Assembly: GCA_951406725.2 (NCBI GenBank)
Contig: OX597815.1
Location: 21,328,001-21,392,000 of the forward strand
Length of the DNA stretch: 64,000 bases
Reading direction: 5' to 3'
Source of the DNA: Octopus vulgaris
Taxonomy: Eukaryota
The notes below the pieces were generated by a model. It saw only the letters and a program-made list of their open reading frames with translations. It made no database searches and was not told the DNA's origin. Below, in pieces: positions 26,111 to 37,166 of this stretch (the first letter of the stretch is position 1; each line of letters starts with the position of its first letter). The position numbers were made by a program, and so were the translations under genes.

Positions 26111-27134
26111 ATGGCATCAACCTCACTGGTCTGGGAGGGCACTGCCCCTTCCTCCCCCACAAAAGCACATACACACACACAAACACACATACACACACAC
26201 ACACAATACATAATTACTAGATTGTGTATGTGGTTCAAACTGATATTAGCTACTCCATATGTTATTCTCCCAGGCAGAAGACGTAAACAAATATTTATCA
26301 GAATAGCTGACAACTAATACAAATTTCTGGTACCAGAATCTGACTAATAAGGAAGACATAGTTTGTTTGCACCATTGAAGATTATCAGAAAATTTATGAC
26401 CACATGACTTCCCCTCCCACACACACACGTCATATTCACTGCCATCTGTGTTACCACCCTGCCGCCCCATAAAACAATAAGCCATTGTGAAAGCTTCAAC
26501 ATGGTTGCATGACCTTCTAGAAATAGCTGTCAAATCTCACTTAAATCACACACTACAGACTTAAATATAGAAAGAATAGTTTGGATAATACAGTATTAGA
26601 TATCTTGAAAGAGAAGGCTAGAATGTCTTTGAATGGAGATCTGCTCAATCAGGGTTAACCTACACTAAATATCATTAACATCATGGTATGATACAGGTTA
26701 ACCTTAGTTGACTCAATAAGTATTTCATATTAATCTGTATCAGTGGTACTTAACCAGGAGGAGTTGTGAATTCATAAGAGGAAGTAAATATCAAGGCACT
26801 ATATAAGGTTCTATGTATCAAGAAGGGTCGTGATTCTTTTTTACAGATATAATATTTAAACCAACTGCAAGTTGGTTTAAACTTTTGACAAGTTGTGGTG
26901 CACCTGAGCACTGTATACAATAATTTCATTATTATTATTATTTACAATATTTATATTTCTAAAACATTTTCAAAAAAAAAATAATAAAATAGAAATCGTT
27001 GTTGAAATTAGAATGTGAATATTGTGTTATCAGTGAGCAGAAATGTGATTGATGATGTGCAAACATCCAACATAATTTTGTTATAATGGTCTTCAACTTT
27101 TTGGGTTATTTTCTTATAAATTTAACAATTTTAC

Positions 27135-27490
27135 TGAAGTGTAAACATAAGATGCCAGTTATTACTGTCTGGGACAGACAAGTAAAAGTATGTACCATCA
27201 CTGAGGACAACTGCCCTGTTGATGTGAATATCTCTTTGAAAATTAAAGAGAAAGCGGTCGACTATGGACAGTTGCTTCAAAACCTCCAGCTTCTATATCC
27301 AAATTATGAATTCGTATTTATATCAATAATGGTGCACTTGCATTTGGGAGTAAATGCTTAAGTGACAATCTGGATAAGATGGCGTTTTCAGAAAAAGAAA
27401 TCACCTTGCAAAAACTTGTACATTACAAATACAACCAGTAAGTGGAATAGTAAAAATATGCAAAACTTTTCTCAAGTTTAAAAGGTGAAT
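27135..27490 (+). mobile_element. Restriction-like endonuclease (R4/R2-group) LINE remnant
   Basis: KHKMPVITVWDRQVKVCTITEDNCPVDVNISLKIKEKAVDYGQLLQNLQLLYPNYEFVFI resembles a decayed (R)PD...E...K..KY domain. Confidence 0.65.
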
Positions 27491-27830
27491 TTGTTTTTGT
27501 TACCTACATCCCATCTTTGTTAAAAACGAACTCTCTCAAAGGAATATTTCAAATAATTAAAAACAGAAGAAAAACAGTCATACATATCACAGAGGATTCA
27601 AATGTAATAAACACAGGATTTAAATGTGAGTTACTACCAGTCTCATGCACTAATAATGCAGTAAACGGATAAGTTTATATTGTGTGCTGTGTACTGTCCT
27701 ACAATCTTTCAAGCTCAAAATAAACATTGCTGATCTCTGAAAGAAACGAGTAAAGGGAAGTCTGACGGGGATTATAATAAGAGTTGTGTCCCTTTGCCCT
27801 GTTAGACTAAGAACTAATAATGGCTGGTAA

Positions 27831-28832
27831 CGTCTTTTCTTGTCTTTCCATTTCTCCTCTCTTCCGCTGTCACTCCTTTGTGTTCCCTCTTTTACGATAC
27901 GTCGCCAATCTCCACTGTTGCTGGCAACTGCTTCCCAGTTGCTAATATTGATGTCGCAGGCCTTCATGTCCCTTTTGCAAGCATCCTTGTATCGTAAGAA
28001 CGGTCTTCCCACAGACCTAGTGCCCCTAGCAAGCTCTCCGTATAGTATGTCCTTGGGGATTCTGCCATCTTCCATACGGCTAACATGTCCAAGCCATCTC
28101 ATACGTCTTTGGGTGAGGAGTGCAAACATACTTCGTATTCCTGCTTGCTTGAGGACATCTTTGTTGGGGACATGATTCTGCCATTTGATGCCAAGAATTT
28201 TCCGGAGGCAGCGCAGGTGAAAGATATTTAGGCGACGCTCTTGGCATGTGTATGGCGTACAAGTCTCACTCCCATACAGTAGAGTGCTAAGTACACATGC
28301 CTGGTAAATCTTCATTTTTGTGGTCTTGGTCAGTTTATTGTTGCCCCATGCCCGTTTGGAGAGTTGAGCCATCACAGCAGCTGCCTTGCCAATGCGTATA
28401 TTGAGCTCAGTATCAAGGGATAGGTTGTAGGTGACGGTAGAGCCAAGATAGGTAAACTTCTCTACCTCCTGTAGTCTGTGGTCTCCAATATGTATGTGTG
28501 GGATGTCCGATGTAGCCTGACCCATGATGTTGGTCTTCTTGAGGCTGATAACTAAGCCAAAGTCGCTACATGCTTGCTCAAAACAAAGGAGTAACAAAGG
28601 GAGAGAGGAGAAATGGAAAGACAAGAAAAGACGTCAACAAGAAAGTATGACATTACAACCAGCCAGGCAAAGTCTTCGCTACATTTGCGGCACCTGCCAG
28701 AGGGAGTGTTTGTCCAGGATAGGACTACACAGCCACAGCAGGAGATGTATCAGGACGTGAAATATAAAAGCCGGACTAAATTATTTTATGCGCAACTCCA
28801 TTGTCTCTCAAGACAAAAAGGATGCCAACAAC
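27831..28832. mobile_element. RTE (BovB-like) LINE, 5'-truncated and 5'-inverted
   Basis: RT C-terminal part on the minus strand 27831-28581 (FTYLGS, LLYGSET, RWLGHVSRM); 3' end on the plus strand 28582-28832 (C-x2-C...SRIGLHSH zinc finger, ccattgtctctc...(CAA)n tail); 12-bp TSD AATGGCTGGTAA (27819-27830, 28833-28844). Confidence 0.92.
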
Positions 28833-29689
28833 AATGGCTGGTAAACTGAATTTGATGGGGAAAAGTGAAAGTTTGTAAGACTGTGTGTCTAATCCAGAGA
28901 GGCTAGTTTTCTCCAGTTGGGGAGAATTGTTGAACTTGTTGAAATGCAAGCATTTAAAGAAAATTTCCCATCAAGTTCACTATAATTGAAGAGATATGTG
29001 GTTACCCCAGTCGGAGGAAAGAAAGATAAAGAGAGCAGGAGAAAGAGAGAGAGAGAGAGAGAAGATGGTTGTGAAGATATGCCTGGGTGTACCCTTAAAA
29101 TACAGGGAGGTGAAGGAAGTTGAGTGGTAGAGAAGACTGGACAGGGTGAGTGAGCAGGGTGTTCACAAGAACGCAAAAGGTGAGTAGAAAAAAAAAGGAG
29201 AGGGGAAGAGAAATGCAATGAGTGGTGAATACAGGTGTATAGGACATATATATATACACCATGCTGGTGTGTTTGCGTCCCCCGTAACTTAGTGGTTCGG
29301 CAAAAGCGAGTGATAGAATAAGTACTAGGCTTACAAAGAATAAGTCCTGAGGTCAAATTCCTCGACTAAAGGCGGTGGTCCAGCATGGCCACAGTCAAAT
29401 GACTGAGACAAGTAAAAGAGTAAAAAGAAAGAGTATATGTGTGTGTGTGTGTGTGTGTTTGTGTGTTTGTGTGTGTGTAGGAGCATGGCTTATTAGTTAA
29501 GTTGTTGCACTCATGATCAGTTTCAATTCCTGGACCAGGTGACATATGTTCTTGAGCAAAACAATTCATTTTAAATTGCTCCAGTTCACTTGGTTGGTAG
29601 ACTGGCAAGTAGGGGTAAACCACAGAATCTAGCAAACTGACTTTATGAGCCTATGGCTCAGGAAGGATGTTTGATCCTGTTTTTGTTGC

Positions 29690-30437
29690 AGTATCAGTGT
29701 GCATGTACAACAGAGTGTTAGTGTCTTGAGAGAAAAGTTGGGCATAAGAGGCATCAGATGTAGTGTGCAAGGGAGACGACTGTGCCAGTATGGTCATGTG
29801 GTGTGTATGGACGAGGATAGCTGTGTAAAGAAGTGCCAATCTCTAACTGTGGAGGGAACTTGTGAAAGAGGTAGACCCAGGAAGACATGGGACAAGGTGG
29901 TGAAGCATGATCTTTGAATGTTTGGCCTCACAGAGGTGATGACAAGTGACCAAGACCTCTGGCAAATATTGTGCATGTGTAGGCTCGTCAGGCCAAGTGA
30001 AATCATAGTTGTGGCCATGCTGATGTCATGTAAATGGTACCCATTAAATTGTAGTCGTGGCCATTGCTTGAGCCATGCAAATGGCACCCGTGAAATCAGA
30101 GTAGGGCCATCACAGTGCCTTGTAAATGGCACCCATGAATCGTAGTCATAGTCGTTGTCGGTAAAGGGCACCTGTGAATTGTCATGGATGTTACCAGTGA
30201 CAGGTAAATGGTATCCATGAGTTGTAGTCATGGTCACTGTTGGCATTGTGTAAATGGCACCCATGCTGGGGGCATGTAAAAGCACCCATTACACTCCTGG
30301 AGGGAATGGCATCCAGCTGTGGAAACCATGCCAAATCAGGCTGGAACCTGGTACAGCTCTTCAGCTTATCAGCTCCTGTCAAAGTGTCTGACCCATGCTA
30401 GCAAGGAGAGTGGACGTTAAAGATGATGATGATGATG

Positions 30438-30438
<1 letters not shown>
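29690..30438 (+). mobile_element. RTE LINE 3' end whose UTR ends in the family C tail
   Basis: ORF end RRLCQYGHVVCMDEDSCVKKC...RGRPRKTW, a tandemly repetitive UTR, then aaaagcaccc...ccatgctagca...(GAT)n. Confidence 0.8.
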
Positions 30439-30469
<31 letters not shown>

Positions 30470-30520
30470 TTATGTATATATGTATGTAAGTATCTATGTA
30501 TGTGTGTGTGTATATATATA

Positions 30521-30570
<50 letters not shown>

Positions 30571-30944
30571 CATCCAATCGTGGCCGTTTGCCAGCCTCGT
30601 CTGGCACCTGTGCAGGTGGCACGTAAAAAGTACCCACTACACTCACAGAGTGGTTGGCGTTAGGAACGGCATCCAGCTGTAGAAACACTGCCAGATCAGA
30701 CTGGAGCCTGGTGCAGCCTTCTGGCTTCCCAGGCCCCAGTTGAACCGTCCAACCCATGCTAGCATGGAAAACGGACGTTAAATGATGATGATGATGATGA
30801 TGATGAAGTATATATATATATATGTATGTATTAATTCTGTACAAGACATTGTAGATCTTTAGCTGGGCTAAAAAGTCACATTCAATCACAGCACCAATAA
30901 CAGTCAAGCTTCGTGCAATGGTAATACTTGATAACGAGGGGGCA

Positions 30945-30996
<52 letters not shown>

Positions 30997-31108
30997 CATA
31001 CATGCATGAATACATACATATTGCTTAGGGTTGCAATACTAATAACCTGGTGTAGAACTCAATATACATATGCTTCAGAATGAAGCATTAGTCAAGTACA
31101 GAGCTGTA

Positions 31109-31394
31109 ATAAGAAAATGAGATAAAAGGGAATAAAACAATTATCTTATGAACTTCAATAGAGCCGTTTCTGCTATAAGATGCAGTGGGCTCATAGTTGA
31201 GTGCCTGGATATCACCTTATAGGTTCATTGGAGCTTCAAACATGAAGTGCCCTTACTTCACGTTCGAGGCTCCAATGAAGCTATAAGGTAATACTCAGTC
31301 ACTCAACTATGAGTTCATTGCATTTTATAGCAGAAACAACTCTATTGAAGTTCATAAGATAATTTTTTATACATTTGTCATCTCAATTTCTTAT
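31109..31394. mobile_element. Palindromic (foldback) MITE
   Basis: Imperfect arms of about 140 bp around a 6-nt loop at 31249-31254. Confidence 0.75.
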
Positions 31395-31422
31395 ATATAT
31401 ATATAAATATATATATATATAT

Positions 31423-31898
31423 GTACCAAGTAAGTTAGGGGTTGTGGATTCAACCCACTAAGGGATAATACTTATCCAATATACTGTTGATATAATACCC
31501 AATTATTAATACACCAGTGTTTTTAATTGCAATGCAATAAACTCACTTATTGTATTAAATGGGTGAAGGTAAAGAAATATTTTACCATTAATTTATATTA
31601 CAAATAAGAAAATGGAGAAACACATTCGTTGGTTTATCAGCTTTAGGATATTAAAATGTTGACTTATTTATTTAACAAAACGACAACCATAATATCATAC
31701 ATACATATAGTATATTATTCAATGCATATAAGATAATAATACAAGTAGTTTTCATGTTTTTTAATAACTACTTGTATTCTTATCTTATATGCATTGAATA
31801 ATATACTATATGTATGTATGATATTATGGTTGTCGTTTTGTTAAATAAATAAGTCAACATTTTGAACCAACTAATGTGCTTCTCCATTTTCTTATTTG

Positions 31899-31904
<6 letters not shown>
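31423..31904. mobile_element. (TA)n-flanked element with a terminal inverted duplication
   Basis: Arms 31595-31750 and 31766-31904; the body is the reverse complement of 12675-13380. Confidence 0.8.
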
Positions 31905-31944
<40 letters not shown>

Positions 31945-34679
31945 CCCAATAACAGGAACAGTCTCACTGAGAGGTATCCATACAGCTGCTGTTGACTAAA
32001 TTTAACTGAATGACTGTTCTTGTTTGTGTACAGCTGACAGTGTGAGTGTAAGTGTGTGTATGCATGTGTGTGTGCATGTACAAATTTGCTTTCATGTTTG
32101 TGTAGATATGATTTGATTTGTTTGTTGTTTCAGAGCGGTAACGACATTCCATCTTATCTGTACTCTTACTCCCTCTAGCATACCCCCACTCACAGGAGTG
32201 ACATTGAAAGTCAATAGAGTCAAGGAGGCATTTGAATGGCTGCTATGACTCAGGGTAAGATTTTGTCTCACAAAATAAATTAATAGGTAAATAAATATAT
32301 TCATTTAAACAAATATGTAAATACATATACAGCCACTTGGGTGTATATTATTCTCATCAACATGACAGTCTTATGAAAGTCACCACTGCCACCACCACCA
32401 CCACCACCACCACCACCACTATCATCGTTATCATTATTCAAATGAAATCTCCTTATATATTGAGTAGAAGGTTTCAAATTATTTTTTGGGTTGAAGCATA
32501 TTATGCTGCCTGGTTTAACACTACCACTTGGCCTAAGGTGCCTTTAGTGGAGTTATGACTTTTGCAAGCATTTAAAGGTTTATCATAACCTATCCATACA
32601 TCATCACCCTCTAAACTTTTCAAAAATAGAGCAAAATCTCCAGGCCAACTTTCTCTTCTCTTCCTTCACACCCTATGCATCACCCTTTACACCATCACTT
32701 CTTACAGGTCCTATTCCTCTATGAGACAAATTTCTCAACCCCTATCTAGAACTCAGACTACAGTCCCCACTCAAACTTCACTCCAAAAGTGGTGCTTGTC
32801 ACTCACCTCTCTATTTCAACAATAATGATTCCAAGTTACTCTGGCTCCAAGTCTCTGAAATACATTTGCTCCCTCAAACACCCTCCAAATTCTTCAAACC
32901 ACCAGCCAATTTTTTATTATATCTCCTTCATTGTTATCATCCTCAGTGATTTTGACACTCACAACACAATATGGCTTTCACACTCGTCCCAAACTGATGC
33001 TGTTAGTGCAGAAGCAGATGTTTTTGCAATTCTCAACTCTCTTCATCAACTTGACTCACAACCCTGACTTACATGCAGACATTCCAAAGACCTATTTCTT
33101 TACTACCCACAAGGGGCTAAACACAGAGAAGACAAACAAGGACAGACAAACGGATCAAGTCGATTATATCGACCCCAGTGTGCAACTGGTACTTAATTTA
33201 TCGACCCCGAAACGATGAAAAGAAAAGTCGACCTCAGTGGAGTTTGAACTCAGAATGTAACAGCAGACGAAAAACCGCGAAGCATTCCGTCCAGCATGCT
33301 AACGTTTCTGCCAGCTCGCCGCCTTCCAAAGACTATTGATCTCTTCCTCACCTCAAAATCTAACACCAAACTGTAATTGTCTCTGCACCTATCAAGTTAT
33401 CTGACCACTGCCTCATTGCAACCACCCAACATACTCCACATACTTAACAACTACCCAAACTCTTTGACTCTTCAAGTCAATTGAATGGTCACAACTCCTC
33501 CAGTTTTATATTAGTTATCCTTGGCAGCAAACATGCTTCACTCCTGATCCATCAGAAACAGTTAGGCAGGCAACTGAATCTATCCTTTTTGCTATATCTC
33601 TCCACACCCTTTATACAACAAAAACTTAGTGCTCCAAGTCCTTCAGATGGTTCACTCATAGCTGTGCTGTCGCTATTCAGCAAAATCAATTCCCACAATG
33701 CCTGCAGAAACTCACATACTCTTCAAAACTAGGCAGTGTACTGCCAGTAATGCAGCTCTTGCAAGTCTTACCACTATCCAAAATACTCAAGATGCCTTCA
33801 AGGTATCTTGCCTTTCAAACTGCAACCAATCTTTGTAGATCCTTGAATAGTGTTCACAAACTTTTCAGAATTCTCTTTTCCTCAATTGCTCAACAACGGT
33901 GGCTCTATAAGCAGTATTCTACAGAGAAAGCTTTCACTTTGCTACTCATTTTGCATCCAGTTCCACTCTACATACATTTGGTAAATATTCTTTAAATTTT
34001 TCTCTTTCAAAACTACTGAGTTTCCTACCTTGCACACAGACACATCAAGTGTGAAAGTTTACTTCTGATCATTTCAAACCAATAAGTCCACCACTCCTGA
34101 AAATGTCCCTTCTGTTATTCTTAAACATTGTGCCTTGGAGCTTGTCTCTATACTCACCAATTCTTTCAGTCTCTTACTGTGTATTCTACCCCAACATTTC
34201 AGCCCCTAATAATTAATGACACTCTACAAAAGATCATGTGAGATCCATAATGGGGTAATGGTCCTATATCTGATAACATCATCATCATCATTGTCATCAC
34301 CATTTTCATTGAGCTAATGATGGAGCTTTTATGTAGTCAGTCACCTACTAGAAATAGCAACCAAATCTCTCTAAAATCACACCCTACTGAGGAACAATAT
34401 TGAATAATGTAGTTAAAGATAAACTGTTAAAAAGCAGAGATGGTGAGGGCTAGAATGTCTTTGATTACAAGTTTGTTTGATCAGGATTGACCTGAAGCTA
34501 AAAAGAATAACATCACATTTATCTGTTAATTGAACAACTGAATACTCATCATCAAAATCAATGGTGGTTTCATCATAGACGGTTTATTTGGGCTAGCCAC
34601 AAAATCTCAAGATAACTCAATGTTTGTGTAGTCGTTTAGTCCCAGGCCAGCCTTGAACAAGCTGATATATGAACAAATC

Positions 34680-35085
34680 ATTCAAACCTCCATATTCTGA
34701 GCGCCTTGTTTCCCTGGGCATGGATTCACTGAAGCTCCGGTGTCTGGCGACAGACTTGGTAAACACCCACAAAGTTGTCAACCACCTCACCAATAACAAC
34801 ACTGAACACCTTTTTGATCTCCATGTGTCTAACACACGTGGACATGCCAACAAAGTCAGAAAACAACACAGCTCCCATGACTTTCGGAAACATTTCTTCA
34901 CGCTCAGAGTTGCTGAAGCATGGAATAAACTGCCTGCGTCAGTTGTTGACTGCCATGACACTGCATCCTTTAAGGCCCTGATGCTTTCCGAAATCCGTCG
35001 AAACTACACCTAATTATATATGCACTTTAGATGAGTTGTAGTGCACCTGAGCACTGTACACAATGTTTATTATTATTATTATTAT
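34680..35085 (+). mobile_element. CR1 LINE 3' fragment
   Basis: ORF 34669-35013 is nearly identical to the 12789-13082 peptide; (TTA)n tail. Confidence 0.9.
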
Positions 35086-36073
35086 AAACTGTGTTCATCC
35101 CATATTTTTATATCTGTATATGTCCTGGATATGATTTGAAACTGTGTCTGGTAGTGGGGCCCTGATTCAGGAGCTCCAGCATTTTGAGGAGTGTGGAACT
35201 AACTTTTAGCCAATGTTGTTTCCAGGTCTTCTCTGGCCCAGAGTAGAGGCACCTGTCAGGTTCTGAGCTATGAGATAATTAGCATGTTATGGAAAAAACT
35301 CCAAGCACAACCCCTTCATTGCCTTATGAGTGCCTTGAGAAAGGAAAAGTCTAGGAGAGTCAATCTCTATAGCAAATCAAGGACCAAAGTCCCTCAGGTG
35401 GTCAGGTGCTGTTTTTGATACCTTTCTAGTAACTGTAGGTTAAGTAGAACTCTTCAGTTCTGTAAGCCAATTTAATTAGAAAGTCACTTAAATGTAAAAC
35501 CTCCAGCTTGCTCGTCACCACCCCAGCCATCTTAGACTGCTGAACCACTGTGGTCCAACCTCCAAGTCTAAAGAGTAGGATCGGATTGCACAGACTGACC
35601 CTCATTTTAAAACTACTAAACACAAGCAGGAAGAAAAGCCCTGCAATGATGGAGAGAGGCAAAAACTACAGGTACAGAATGATACTGACAGTTACAACCT
35701 CAGCTCTGCATGTAGACATGCCACTATTCCTCATGACCTTTTGTCACAAAAAATCAATCTCATGTATCCTTCTTTTGTCTAAACAGTAGAATGGTATTTG
35801 AGGGAGACTTGGTCACTTAGAAGCTCTTTTGTTTGATTGACCACCATCAATAATAAAAGTACAGGGTGCAGCAAAAATACCCTGGTCACTTCAAACCAAT
35901 CGATAAATTAATAAGCGTAAGGACTAATAAACAGCTAGAATTATTTTAAAGTGTCTTTAGATGTTTGTAATGGCTCTCCCATGATGTAATTGCTTCAGTT
36001 TCAACAGTCAGACTTGGTCACTTGTTTGACCAACTCATACGTTGGAGGAAACTTTCTACTGGTAACCCTATTC

Positions 36074-36127
36074 GGATCTTTTCCTTTTGATGGACGGAAT
36101 TTTCTAGCCACCAAAAGGAAAAGATCC
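36074..36127. mobile_element. 54-bp micro-MITE (GGATCTTTTC TIR family)
   Basis: 16-bp perfect TIR GGATCTTTTCCTTTTG; flanks ccctattc / tcctattc (8-bp TSD, 1 mismatch). Confidence 0.7.
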
Positions 36128-36349
36128 TCCTATTCTAGTACTACCTGCTCGTCGTCGAACGATTGGCAACTAAATCTGACAACTACTGAACTTGTCCAGT
36201 GAAGAGGAGGTGTGGGCACACAGCAATATTTCTTTTTTTTAATCGAAGGCGTATGAACTCTTTTGCGTCTTCTCTGAAGGAATCATCAGTGCAATTGAAA
36301 TGATCAAACCCAAGAAAACACTTGCAATGCGTACATCAATGTATAAAGA

Positions 36350-36762
36350 GGATCTTTTCGATTTGAACGGCAGTTTTTTCTAGCAGTGTCATATGAAATT
36401 GTCACCCATAATTATGACCCTAGAATCGATCTATTGCATTTCAATCTGTTTTAGGGTTAGGGGTAGGGGGAAGGGTATCTTTTTTTCGTCACAAATGTAA
36501 ATAAACCCAATCTGTTTCTTAAACGAGGGACATATTCATACGGCACAGAATATTTTCACCTCAATAGACGTCATTGATTGGTTGAAATTGCAGAAATTGA
36601 AGAAAAAGAAATCAACAAATATCTTACAAACTATAGAATTTTCTCAATAAAGCCAAGAGAAAAAGATGTTTTATAAACACATTCTACCAGTATACGAAGT
36701 TTAAAAGTGTTTAGTTACGTGGAAATTATTTTTAAAAACTGCCGTTCAAACCGAAAAGATCC
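36350..36762. mobile_element. Merlin-like MITE upstream of DDX10
   Basis: TIRs of about 29 bp (GGATCTTTTCG.TTTGAACGGCAGTTTTT); perfect 8-bp TSD TATAAAGA (36342-36349, 36763-36770); internal TTAGGG units; second copy inverted at 53916-54328. Confidence 0.85.
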
Positions 36763-36929
36763 TATAAAGAAAGCCCAAGACCGAGTAGGGAGGCGAAGTT
36801 TGGTAAAAATATTTTATTTTAATTTACAAGTTCCAGCAACTCAGCCGAAATTGTACGGGAAAAGTTTTGAAGAGAAAAAGAAATAAAAAAAAAACATGCG
36901 CTGATTGCCTCCCTTTACTTTACCACTCT

Positions 36930-36977
36930 TTTATATAAATGTCTTCGTACACGTGAGTTTGTTATTCTGTTGCCAAA
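36930..36977 (+). promoter_or_regulatory. Putative DDX10 core promoter / 5' UTR with a TATA-like element and a CACGTG E-box
   Basis: tatataaa at 36932-36939 and CACGTG at 36950-36955, 22 nt before the ATG. Confidence 0.45.
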
Positions 36978-37166
36978 ATGTTTCCTGATCGAAGTACAAA
37001 TGCTGGAAAATTTCAACATAAAAAGAAATCACGCGACAAAAGACCAAAAGACAAGGAATTTGCTGGCAAAAGAGGAGAGAAAAAGCGAAAAGAATTACTC
37101 ACTTCATCGAAGCCTTTAAAAAATATTGATGCTGAAATCAAAGCTCTAAAAGAGAAACATGTTCAA
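36978..37166 (+). CDS. DDX10: DDX10 exon 1
   Basis: MFPDR...KEKHVQ|gtaacg; 63 codons, basic N-terminus. Confidence 0.85.

Noticed and set aside
27650-28624. 324-aa ORF as a host gene
   Set aside because: It is an RTE reverse-transcriptase fragment; both ends of the ORF are artefacts of the inversion junction and flank.
30379-31015. ORFs rich in YI/HT/CV repeats (and similar ones elsewhere)
   Set aside because: Translations of microsatellites and SINEs.
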